Origin: a virus
Virus record (IMG/VR): IMGVR_UViG_3300031463_000004
Coordinates: 1-64,000 of that record
DNA: 64,000 bases
Direction: 5' to 3' (one strand)
Shown: positions 28,845 through 37,958 of the stretch, piece after piece
How positions within the stretch are numbered: position 1 is the stretch's first letter
How the letters are laid out: the number at the start of each line of letters is the position of its first letter
Notes under the pieces: generated by a model
The model's input: only the letters and a program-made list of their open reading frames with translations
Told to the model about the DNA's origin: nothing
The model's database searches: none
Translations under genes and position numbers: made by a program

Positions 28845-31511
28845 TTATTCTGTAACGCCATTGATATACTTATCTAAAGCTTCGGTAATGTCTGCCCCTT
28901 CTAATTTGCACATGGCCCAGTTCTCCCCGATGGACACATCAGCCACAAGTGGTACATCCTGTAACCATGGGTAGTCCGAACGGTCTTCCATGAATATTTT
29001 GACCGCAGCGGCGACGTCATACAGCTCCTCCAATGGGCAATCGAGAAGTATGGCGTCATGGATTATGTTCCAAACCACACTCTTCAGACCAGACAAACGT
29101 AGCCAATTCAATACTTTGTGCAAAGCAAAGAGCGTAATATCACTAGCAGGACTCTGTATTGTAAAGTTTACGGCCTGTCTCTCTGCTTCCGATACAACAC
29201 TAGGATCCGGAGAAGCAATCTCTGGAAGATGCCTTGTCCTACCGAATACCGAACGAACGTACTTCTTACGCCGAACGTATTTCTTCACCGATTCAATATA
29301 GGCAGATACCCCACTAAACTTTCTCAGGTACTGCTGAATATATTCCGCGGCTACCTCTCTGCTCACCCCAAGCTGTACAGAGAGACCAACATCTTGGATG
29401 CCGTACACGATTCCAAAGTTTACTCGTTTTGCATGGTCTCTCTGTGCTTTCGTGACACCGATCCGTATGATCACGTTTTTCTCGGGGTCATATTTATACT
29501 TTTCACGCACACTCTTTGGGACCGTATTTGGGGCCTCTAATAACGCCCGCCCTAACTCCTCTACGGTCGATGCACCTGCAGAATGGAGAACCATTTTTGG
29601 TTCAGATACTGGTTCATCAAACTCCGGTACATCGAAGATCTGAGACGCCGTTAGTCTGTGAATATCCCGCCCAGACTCACAACAATATGCGTTCCTCAGC
29701 AATTTATCCCCTGAGAGCTGAGCAAGAATACGCAACTCCATCTGTGATTCGTCAGCTTCAACGAGACACCCATGTGGAGCAAACCTACTAATGAAAAGAG
29801 TTCTCAACTCACTTTTCTTTGGAAAATTCTGAAGAGCTGGGTCGGAAGACGAGAGCCGACCAGTGACAGTCGTGAAGAGCCTGAACCCAGGGTGTAGAAA
29901 ACCATTTGTGTCTGTATAGCTGACAATTTCTTTGAGGTATGTATCGCGTTCCTTAAGGATTCCTCTTAGCTCCAATACCAAACCCGCCAGCTCATTCTTA
30001 CTGGATAAGCCAGAGAGGACCAATTTTGATGTAGACGGCTTCCCAGTCTTTTTGGATATCTTATCCGTCTTCTCACCCATGATGTCATACAGTAAGTATG
30101 ACAATTGTGTACTGGATGCTGGGTTAAATCTTCCAATCTTACTTTGGTGCTCACTGAAATACTGTTCCTCAAACTTTTTCACACAATCGAGACTACGAAT
30201 CTTTTCCTCCACTTCATGTACTTCCGTATCCATCTGCGCTTTCACACGTGATAGCCCACTCGTGTCTATTTTTACCCCAGAAAGCGTCAACTCCAAGAGA
30301 GGGAGACTGGACTTTAGGAGGATATCGTTATATACCCTCCCAGCCGTCTTATTCTGTCTAAACTCTTCTAGGAATGAATCTCTGAGGAGCAGGGATACCA
30401 CACTATCCAGTGCACAATACCAAGACAGCGTATCCCATTTCACGCGAGCGTAACTGATTACGCCGCCAGATTTGGCGTCTTTCAAACCTTGGGCCATCTC
30501 CTTGTCATACCCAGCCATACCAACCCGAGCAGCAAGGATATCTAGCCCATGAGTCCCAACCCTCTCATCGAGAGCATAATGCATCAGAAGAGTGTCATAT
30601 TTGGCATTCTTGACCTTGATTCCATAGAGAACCATTGGGTAGAGGGAATCCACTCCGAATGTATTGTGTCCGCCCTTCGGAACGTCAGATTCGAGAAGTT
30701 CCCGGAACAGCGGAATGACTTCTGATTCCCATTGCTTCACTCCACTCCACACTTCTCCATCTCCGGGCATACCGTACGATATTGGAAATACATAAGCGGA
30801 ATCTCTTTCATACGCCAAAGAACAACACAATATCCTGTTGTGTGTCCACGGATAGACCCCTGAGGTCTCCAGATCGAACTGGAAAGGAATGTTGTCCTTG
30901 GTCACCCTGCGAACGAGATCCCGTACATCCTCGATGTTCCGTAATTTATGTACAACTACAGATTCGGGGCTCTTGAGAGTACCTGCCAAGATATCCAACC
31001 CCGTGGAGATGTCCATTGCGAAATCTGAGGCGAGGGATGGATTGCGGAGAATCGCAGACGGATGGTATGTGACTAGGACTGTTCTGTCCACATCCCCTAT
31101 ACATACCTTCCGGGGCGATCCACGGAGCGACCGTAGAGTCCCGCTGACCCCAAGCAACGCTTTAGCGGCCTCTGACCCAAGAGCCACAATGAGCCGAGGA
31201 TTCGTCTCTATGATCTCCTGGTATAGGTAAGGCTTACACGCCACCAGCTGTTCTGGCGTCGGTCCCACATTATTCGGAGTATGGCACCTCACACAATTCG
31301 TGTAACGAACACGCCCTTGGTCTATCCCTGCCTCACTAACCATGGCGCGAAGGAGTTTTCCGGACCTTCCAACAAAAGGCTTACCAGCAATATCTTCCTC
31401 ATTTCCAGGATCTCTCCCAACGAAGAGAATATCTGGATTGCCACTGCCATCACCCCAAATCCTGACTGTACGCGCAGTCTTGCACAAATTGCACCTGTCA
31501 CACACACCCAT
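28845..31511 (-). CDS. Family A DNA polymerase with N-terminal family-4-like uracil-DNA glycosylase and 3'-5' exonuclease (SPO1-type architecture)
   Basis: CxxCxL, PFVGRSG, YHPS; FDLET; TGRLSS, DESQMELR, KRVNFGIVYG, IHDAI. Confidence 0.93.
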   Translation of the reverse strand: MGVCDRCNLCKTARTVRIWGDGSGNPDILFVGRDPGNEEDIAGKPFVGRSGKLLRAMVSEAGIDQGRVRYTNCVRCHTPNNVGPTPEQLVACKPYLYQEIIETNPRLIVALGSEAAKALLGVSGTLRSLRGSPRKVCIGDVDRTVLVTYHPSAILRNPSLASDFAMDISTGLDILAGTLKSPESVVVHKLRNIEDVRDLVRRVTKDNIPFQFDLETSGVYPWTHNRILCCSLAYERDSAYVFPISYGMPGDGEVWSGVKQWESEVIPLFRELLESDVPKGGHNTFGVDSLYPMVLYGIKVKNAKYDTLLMHYALDERVGTHGLDILAARVGMAGYDKEMAQGLKDAKSGGVISYARVKWDTLSWYCALDSVVSLLLRDSFLEEFRQNKTAGRVYNDILLKSSLPLLELTLSGVKIDTSGLSRVKAQMDTEVHEVEEKIRSLDCVKKFEEQYFSEHQSKIGRFNPASSTQLSYLLYDIMGEKTDKISKKTGKPSTSKLVLSGLSSKNELAGLVLELRGILKERDTYLKEIVSYTDTNGFLHPGFRLFTTVTGRLSSSDPALQNFPKKSELRTLFISRFAPHGCLVEADESQMELRILAQLSGDKLLRNAYCCESGRDIHRLTASQIFDVPEFDEPVSEPKMVLHSAGASTVEELGRALLEAPNTVPKSVREKYKYDPEKNVIIRIGVTKAQRDHAKRVNFGIVYGIQDVGLSVQLGVSREVAAEYIQQYLRKFSGVSAYIESVKKYVRRKKYVRSVFGRTRHLPEIASPDPSVVSEAERQAVNFTIQSPASDITLFALHKVLNWLRLSGLKSVVWNIIHDAILLDCPLEELYDVAAAVKIFMEDRSDYPWLQDVPLVADVSIGENWAMCKLEGADITEALDKYINGVTE

Positions 31512-31532
31512 TTAGCTACCCCCTGAATGGGT

Positions 31533-31588
31533 GGGGGCAGTACCGCGAGCTGGGGTGGGGGGGAATGGCGACTCGCGGTACTGCCCCC
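31533..31588 (-). promoter_or_regulatory. 17-bp perfect stem-loop in the polymerase leader
   Basis: GGGGGCAGTACCGCGAG / CTCGCGGTACTGCCCCC with 22-nt loop; no U-tract. Confidence 0.75.
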
Positions 31589-31616
31589 GGTGGACGGAGG
31601 GTCAGTCCGTTACCTG

Positions 31617-31627
31617 ATTATAACACA
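31617..31627 (-). promoter_or_regulatory. Extended -10 promoter (TGTGTTATAAT) upstream of DNA polymerase
   Basis: Perfect TGnTATAAT, intergenic, correct orientation. Confidence 0.6.
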
Positions 31628-31632
31628 TCCGA

Positions 31633-33246
31633 TCAGTACCCAATCTTCCTCCCACTAACTTTGTGTGCCGCGTACGTAATGAGAAGCCTCTTGGCACGCA
31701 TTTTCCACACATTCGGAGGAATGGGATTTCCTGTTTTAGAAACCTCATTCAAGCAATCCAGGAGGGTTGCATCTCCAGTCAATCCACGTCTTTTCGCTTC
31801 CGATTCTGGCAATTTGGTCTCTGCAAGCAACTTGCGGATACCAGCAGAGTCCAATTTGCTGAGTCGGTGCAGTATCTTACCGACCTGCTCTTCCTCCTCA
31901 GGACTGTACTCCGTTGGCTTTCGCCCGACATACCGTTTCCCGAGCTTTCGGCCCGGAGAAACGACCAAGTCCCCATTGGGGTTGAGGTTGAGAAGTACAC
32001 TTCTGTTCTGGCCAAACAGGCCGACAATCTTATCAAGAGCATCCTGGAGCTGGACCCTCAATTTGGTCCGAAGGATACTCACATCCTTGAAACTTCCCTT
32101 CTTTACACTGGGGATGCCAGCCTCCTCGCTGAGTTCCAGCCGATCCATCTTAGGGGGCCGTGATTTCTCATTCTGGACCTTTCTTTGATGAACTCCAGCC
32201 ACCAGATGATCTTTCTCCGTTTTTTCGGCCAGTTCCTGGACCTTTGTTTTGGGTCTTCTACTCCTCTTGACTGGAGGAGCCGACGGTGCGGGAGGATTTT
32301 CGGATTTTTCTTCTGGCTCCGTTTGATCCTGCTCTTCTTCCACTGGCGCTACTTCCTGTTCTGCGAGCCCTTTCTGTATGGGTTCGGCGGCCCCGGCATC
32401 TGGCTCCAGAAACCCATGCTCTACAAGCCAGCGTTCGGTAACTTCGCTCACATCCGTGAGCTGGATGTCCTCTCCAGACGCCTCGTCAATTAGCTGCTGG
32501 AGCATCTTCTCCAGTTGGAGATCCATCATGAATGTACTCCCAGTAAGCTCCCCATTGTAGCCCAAATCTCTGGCTACCTGCTGCAGGTCAGCTTTCGTGA
32601 ACTCTGACATCGTTTTTCCCTCCGCGGCCAGTCCGGCCAGATATACGAACTCATCCAGGTCAAGACCATCTCCAGCTAGAACAGAAATAACACACTTACG
32701 TAGCGTCGAATCCTGTAGAATAGCAGTCCTGATATCTGGGCATTGTGTGGAGAGCACCCGCAGGAACTCGTTCGCCTTATCCTGGTCATCTATCCTGGCC
32801 AAGATCCTATGTACATAGATGGCGAAGAACTTCCCGACATCATCAAGCATCTCCGGAGAGATGTGAACGATTTTCTCTTGTTTCTTCTGATTTTCGGAGT
32901 CCTGACACTCATGAGGACTCCAATACTTGTGTCTTCTGAAGAAATTGTTGAGATGGTTACGATAGAGGACCGTGAGGAACTTTTCAAACTCCACCCAAGG
33001 CATAGTGGAGTACCTAGGCTTTTCAAGCGCCTCTAGTGCCCTAACTAGAAGATCCTGTTCCAGGTCCTCCTTGATTTCTGCATACATCGGGAACTTCCTG
33101 ATCACGGATGCAACGACAAGGCTGGCCCTTCGCCGAAGGTAGTTGACGAGGATGGCCTGATTCTCCGCCACATCCCGCACCTTCAGCGAACTGATGGGTC
33201 CATTGTATCCGACTTCTACCGCTGTTAGACTGACCCTCTGTAGCAT
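31633..33246 (-). CDS. Protein with N-terminal sigma-70 region-2-like segment and unknown acidic/basic C-terminal part
   Basis: EDLEQDLLVRALEAL..F..FL....RNHLNNFFRR; internal RBS and ATG at 32610. Confidence 0.5.
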   Translation of the reverse strand: MLQRVSLTAVEVGYNGPISSLKVRDVAENQAILVNYLRRRASLVVASVIRKFPMYAEIKEDLEQDLLVRALEALEKPRYSTMPWVEFEKFLTVLYRNHLNNFFRRHKYWSPHECQDSENQKKQEKIVHISPEMLDDVGKFFAIYVHRILARIDDQDKANEFLRVLSTQCPDIRTAILQDSTLRKCVISVLAGDGLDLDEFVYLAGLAAEGKTMSEFTKADLQQVARDLGYNGELTGSTFMMDLQLEKMLQQLIDEASGEDIQLTDVSEVTERWLVEHGFLEPDAGAAEPIQKGLAEQEVAPVEEEQDQTEPEEKSENPPAPSAPPVKRSRRPKTKVQELAEKTEKDHLVAGVHQRKVQNEKSRPPKMDRLELSEEAGIPSVKKGSFKDVSILRTKLRVQLQDALDKIVGLFGQNRSVLLNLNPNGDLVVSPGRKLGKRYVGRKPTEYSPEEEEQVGKILHRLSKLDSAGIRKLLAETKLPESEAKRRGLTGDATLLDCLNEVSKTGNPIPPNVWKMRAKRLLITYAAHKVSGRKIGY

Positions 33247-33300
33247 TTGACCCTCCGTTTCTATACCCAGGCTCACTCCACGAGCCGGGATCTAACGATA

Positions 33301-33329
33301 TGTATAAGGCTTTGGAACACAGAAGTCAA
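33301..33329 (-). promoter_or_regulatory. Sigma70-like promoter TTGACT-N17-TATACA
   Basis: Consensus-like hexamers at 17-nt spacing upstream of the sigma-like gene. Confidence 0.45.
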
Positions 33330-34207
33330 GTACTCCACCCTATATCCCCCAGAAACCGTTCGATATAGCCACGGATAGCGGACCCGTAAGAGCCAGGGTC
33401 ATCTTCAAGCCCCTGGACAGACACGACATCTTTTCCTGCCCTACGCAGTCTGGATTCAAGTTCATCAGCCCCCTTCCGTCCCGCCGCGTCAGGATCCAAA
33501 CACAGCACAAACCTACGGAACCTCCGGATTAGGAAAGAAAATAACACATCTGATACACTAGTACCATGGAGAGCAATGGCAGGTGGACTCCCACATGCCA
33601 TGGCATCAAAGGGACCTTCGACGAGAACAACAAGAGAAGTGCCGGAGTTGATGCAGGCATCCAGCCCGATCCTTGCGATGGCTTCCTCCGGGTATCTGGA
33701 CCTGTCCGGCATCAGAACCTTTGGCGCTCCCCGTCGCCCAAGGAAATCCCTAGCAATGAAGCTGTACACAACTCCACAGTATGTGACCGGGAATAGGATA
33801 CGCCCGGCGTAGACACCTTTAGCACAGAAGTGTAAATCAAAACTTCTGGCATCGTCAGCGGTGAATCCCCTCTGTTTGAGATATTCAAGGGCTTCAGCTT
33901 GTAACGCGAATTCAGACGCGTCCTCTATGCCTTCAGATACCAAAGGAATTGCCTCTGGGGGGAGACCTAAATCATGCCTCTTCTGACGTATCTGTTGGTT
34001 CGTATCCCGTATCGGCAACGAGAATATATCTACATCCCCACGCTCACGAAGTGTGAGGTGGCAACGATGGCAGAACCCAGCACCGGAAGACGTGGAGATA
34101 TATAACTTTTCTCGTCCGCATTGCGGGCAGACGAAAAGGAGTTCTCTCCCTCCAGATACCACCCGAAATCTCCCGTACTTCTGGGCAAGTGCTGTGAAAT
34201 TGACCAT
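33326..34207 (-). CDS. DNA primase (zinc finger plus TOPRIM)
   Basis: CPQC/CHRC, YLKQRG, RILFP, VEGPFDA, LDPDAAG. Confidence 0.88.
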   Translation of the reverse strand: MVNFTALAQKYGRFRVVSGGRELLFVCPQCGREKLYISTSSGAGFCHRCHLTLRERGDVDIFSLPIRDTNQQIRQKRHDLGLPPEAIPLVSEGIEDASEFALQAEALEYLKQRGFTADDARSFDLHFCAKGVYAGRILFPVTYCGVVYSFIARDFLGRRGAPKVLMPDRSRYPEEAIARIGLDACINSGTSLVVLVEGPFDAMACGSPPAIALHGTSVSDVLFSFLIRRFRRFVLCLDPDAAGRKGADELESRLRRAGKDVVSVQGLEDDPGSYGSAIRGYIERFLGDIGWST

Positions 34208-35511
34208 CAGTACTCTACCAGGTTCTGCGTTTCTGGGTCTATCCTAAGTGTGATCTGCTTTCCAGCAACCCCATCCCGGTTCTTAGCCAGATAACAACGG
34301 GTAATCGTTGGGTCGTCCTCATCAATCGTGAGCGTAAGGATGATATCGCTGATGGCCGCCTTAGAGATACTTGCATCAATGTACTTCAGCGTAATCAGGG
34401 TTCTATCCATCCCCTCCCTATTGGTTTGGCTCGCCGTGCATACAGGGACTTCGCATTCTCTGGACCATGCAATAAGACTCTTGTATATCTGTTCAATGTC
34501 TAGATAGTTTCTTTCGGACTTATGTACCGGAGCCAGCTTGTCTGCATAGTCTACTAGAATCAAGCCCGGCTTCCTATGTGTTTTCAGGTATTCTGCATAA
34601 AATGCCTTTAAGTCATCAACTGTTGCAACACCAGGACTAAACTGGGCAAAGTAAACTGTACTGTCTACGGACCCCCTCAATTCTTCGAGTCTCTGCTTGA
34701 GTTCGTCAACATGTTCCGTAACATAGTTTTTCCCCATCTGGAGAACTCTCATAGCGAGACGCATACACAGTTTCCACGACGCCATCTCTACGCTGAGAAA
34801 CAGTGCGTCTTGGTGTTGTTGTGTTGCAGCGTGTGCTAGGCTCAGAAGAAATCTAGTCTTACCTCCACTTGTAGGAGCCACAACAACACACAACTCACCT
34901 GGCCCGAGTCCATCAATGTAGGCATCAAGTGTGGGGAACATGGTCCGTATCGCAGATTCCCTACGCTCCAGTATTTTATCACACCAAGAATTATCCAAGA
35001 AACTCATAATTTCTGTGTTGGACGAATCCGATACACCTACGGCCTCAGACACAAGTTCAGCGAATCTGCTGAGTTCACCAGCCTTGACAAGAGCATCTTT
35101 TTGTCGGAGTGCCAATTCCAGACGTTGTGCCCGAACAAATGTTACTGCACGTTGCCTGTAATATACCAGATCGGTCTCTGGGAGGACAGGAACATTCTGG
35201 AGTGTCTCAAGAGCCATGGAAAGGATCTCAGTAGGATACTCCATGGAATCGTCTTCTGGCCTAAACGTGTCAACCAGCAGAGACTGGAGGGTATCAACAG
35301 TCGGAGACGCTCCATACTGTCGGATGTAAGTAAGTATTGTCTCCACAATCTTTTCCACGATTGGATCTGGGAAGTAGTTCGGTCTGACAATACCAGCATT
35401 GAAACCTTGGTCCTGTAAGAGAAGACCAAGTACAATCAGCTGGTCTTGGGATTCTGGTGCTGTAATATCGTGAATGACAAGACCATGTGTATCATTCGTC
35501 GGCATCCCCAC
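34207..35511 (-). CDS. Replicative DnaB-like helicase
   Basis: APTSGGKT, SVEM, LVDYAD, TASQTNR, KNRDG. Confidence 0.9.
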   Translation of the reverse strand: MGMPTNDTHGLVIHDITAPESQDQLIVLGLLLQDQGFNAGIVRPNYFPDPIVEKIVETILTYIRQYGASPTVDTLQSLLVDTFRPEDDSMEYPTEILSMALETLQNVPVLPETDLVYYRQRAVTFVRAQRLELALRQKDALVKAGELSRFAELVSEAVGVSDSSNTEIMSFLDNSWCDKILERRESAIRTMFPTLDAYIDGLGPGELCVVVAPTSGGKTRFLLSLAHAATQQHQDALFLSVEMASWKLCMRLAMRVLQMGKNYVTEHVDELKQRLEELRGSVDSTVYFAQFSPGVATVDDLKAFYAEYLKTHRKPGLILVDYADKLAPVHKSERNYLDIEQIYKSLIAWSRECEVPVCTASQTNREGMDRTLITLKYIDASISKAAISDIILTLTIDEDDPTITRCYLAKNRDGVAGKQITLRIDPETQNLVEY

Positions 35512-36229
35512 ACCCCACGAACTTGACCTTCCGCATGTCCTCTCCGACTAGATATAGCCAAGTAGCACTGGCAAGTCTGCTCTCAATCCTTCCACCTAAG
35601 ATAGACCCTAGAGTCTCTTTTGTATGATTCGTAGTGATGAGAATGTTCTCATGATAGTTCAGGAGTTGGCGGAAATAATCCCGGAATGTGTCGCTTGTTC
35701 TCTCAGAGCCGAGGTCATCGAACACAACTGGGACATTTCTATCTGGACCAATATCCAACCCATCAAACTCTGATGCATCCACGAAAACAGGATTGACCCC
35801 AACATAAGGCTTCATGAGACCGCGTGTATCCTCTCCCTTACTGTGCATAACAGCCAATTCGTGGAATCCTGTTGCAGATACAATGATACACTTTCTGAGG
35901 CTGCGTCGGATGCGGTACCAAACCGATAGTGCAAGCCTACTTTTTCCACGACCTGGTAACGCAGATAAGATTATAATCCCACACGGGGATTCCGCCCAGG
36001 ACATGATTGTAACAATGGCTTCTTCGTTACCTGGCAGGATTCTGTACGTATCGAAAAGATAGGGTCTATCTCCCCGTACCCCAAATTGAGTCGCCCATAC
36101 CCATGCCTCCGTCACAAGTGGGCACACTTTTTTGATATCTGTGCCAACTAGAGTGTGGTACTCGCCATCACAGATGAGGCTCTTTGGGGACCCCTTAGGA
36201 AGATACGGACAATCCATACACAACTCCAA
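35492..36229 (-). CDS. DnaC/IstB-like helicase loader ATPase
   Basis: PGRGKS, FDDLGSE, ITTN, RIESRL. Confidence 0.82.
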   Translation of the reverse strand: MELCMDCPYLPKGSPKSLICDGEYHTLVGTDIKKVCPLVTEAWVWATQFGVRGDRPYLFDTYRILPGNEEAIVTIMSWAESPCGIIILSALPGRGKSRLALSVWYRIRRSLRKCIIVSATGFHELAVMHSKGEDTRGLMKPYVGVNPVFVDASEFDGLDIGPDRNVPVVFDDLGSERTSDTFRDYFRQLLNYHENILITTNHTKETLGSILGGRIESRLASATWLYLVGEDMRKVKFVGCGDADE

Positions 36230-36264
36230 TGTACTGACTCTAAGCCCATCAGAATATTACTTGG

Positions 36265-37950
36265 TCAATCTTCAGGGAACTTCAGTCCAGGGTACTTTGC
36301 CTTAGCAAGAGCTTTTAGTCTCTCATACTCTCCTGGTGGGAGTTGCTTACCTATAACATGAGTCTGTTCAACCATGGGGATCGCAAACGTACTATTCTTT
36401 GGACCTGGTGTCAGAAGACGTCGTTTATGCGCCTCCATGGCACTTTTGATTTTCGCATAATTGTCACAGAAGAACTGGGCAGACACAACTTTGTGTGCCC
36501 AGAAGTCGTCACATGGGTACCAGTCCAACACTGAGAGTACTGTATCCAATGTGTCACCATAAGATTTTCGGGACTCCAAGAGCTCGTCGATTAGGAAAGT
36601 CCAATCACGTTGATGTTTTTCACATTCTGTTGCTAATTCTGGGAGTATTGAGGTGATGCGCTCAACAAGGCGCTTTGTTACGGAGATAGCGTCTTCTGTT
36701 GGAGGTACTTGTCTGCGCAACAATGTTGGCACCATATCCAGGAACGCCTCCCATGGATGATACCTACGAATTAGTTTAAATTCGTCCATGGACAGGTAAT
36801 CCATGAACATATCTCGTAACACGTCACCGGGTATCCCTCTCTGGATGAGAGATTTAACAGAACCAGCAATACGTCCCCTACGTTGGGGGAATGATGAGAA
36901 TGCCCCCCATCTTTCCGTATGGGCTGTAATGATTGCATCTACTACGGATTTGATAGGACCACTGGAGCGATTCTTCTTGTACCCAGGTGGAGGTGGGAAA
37001 TACGCGGGGGCTTTTGTTCTTTTCTTTCCCTCGCCAGTTGTTTTGGTCTCGCCGATTTGGTTCTGGATTGTGTCTGGGATGCGCACGCTTTTGCGTGCGC
37101 CGGCATGAGACTCGCTGTAGCGAGTCTCTATGACTCCGTTAGTGTGATCGAATACACTCTGTTTCTCTGTATCAGTATAACTACCAGTATGACTTAGATC
37201 TCCAGATCTAGATATATTATTATTTATACTATTATCGCGCACGCGCGCGCACGCGCGCGAGAGAGACACACCTAACACACTGGAAACAAACGACTTTTTC
37301 AACGTTACGCAAACTCTCTTCTCAGATTCCACACAACTACTTTCTGCCGCTTCCACAGCACTCATCTTGTTGTGTTGTTTATGTCCATGTTCTGTTGCAA
37401 TCTGTTCTCTAACTCCAGTATTTGATGGGCTCCTATCCTGTGTTCTGGCTTCTCCTACAATGCAGTCCTGAGTATCTGGCGTCTCAGAACAACTGTTACA
37501 AATGACAGGAACAGCATTGTTTTTCATGGCACCACACCTCTTTTCTCGAACCGTGTTGCTTTGTTCCATATGGCTGTTCTTCATGCAGTACATATACCGT
37601 TTTGCTGTTTCTGCATTGTATTCGTTAGTAGTTGGACGAACGTGTGCGGACCCGTGTCTTCTCTTCCTGTTACCATTCTGTGTGCTGTACGACACGGTTA
37701 TCCAACCACCTGAGAAATCACACGTTAGTCCATCTATGCCATTTAAACCACGTAGGAGGCCAATAGCGAGGTTTTCTTTCACGGCAAGTATATCGGCCCA
37801 ACCCCTGACTGTTCTCGATACGTAGGCCACTTCACCGTGGCCACGCGGGCGGTATTTTTGGATGGCCTCCTCCAATAGGTGGGCGGCACCATAACCTTCC
37901 GCTCCCCATCTGTTTAGTGCGACTGTCTTCGCTGTACTCAGTGTCGGCAT
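36265..37950 (-). CDS. Putative replication initiator
   Basis: Directly upstream of loader-helicase-primase; low-complexity linker containing AT-rich and CG-alternating tracts. Confidence 0.55.
   Translation of the reverse strand: MPTLSTAKTVALNRWGAEGYGAAHLLEEAIQKYRPRGHGEVAYVSRTVRGWADILAVKENLAIGLLRGLNGIDGLTCDFSGGWITVSYSTQNGNRKRRHGSAHVRPTTNEYNAETAKRYMYCMKNSHMEQSNTVREKRCGAMKNNAVPVICNSCSETPDTQDCIVGEARTQDRSPSNTGVREQIATEHGHKQHNKMSAVEAAESSCVESEKRVCVTLKKSFVSSVLGVSLSRACARVRDNSINNNISRSGDLSHTGSYTDTEKQSVFDHTNGVIETRYSESHAGARKSVRIPDTIQNQIGETKTTGEGKKRTKAPAYFPPPPGYKKNRSSGPIKSVVDAIITAHTERWGAFSSFPQRRGRIAGSVKSLIQRGIPGDVLRDMFMDYLSMDEFKLIRRYHPWEAFLDMVPTLLRRQVPPTEDAISVTKRLVERITSILPELATECEKHQRDWTFLIDELLESRKSYGDTLDTVLSVLDWYPCDDFWAHKVVSAQFFCDNYAKIKSAMEAHKRRLLTPGPKNSTFAIPMVEQTHVIGKQLPPGEYERLKALAKAKYPGLKFPED
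37212..37259. repeat. 24-bp AT-rich tract abutting a 24-bp alternating purine-pyrimidine (CG/CA) tract
   Basis: atatattattatttatactattat + cgcgcacgcgcgcgcacgcgcgcg. Confidence 0.85.
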
Positions 37951-37958
37951 TCAGTACC

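Noticed and set aside
29450-29635. Intein or intron in DNA polymerase
   Set aside because: Too short, no C/S...HN splice termini, frame uninterrupted; kept only as an insertion.
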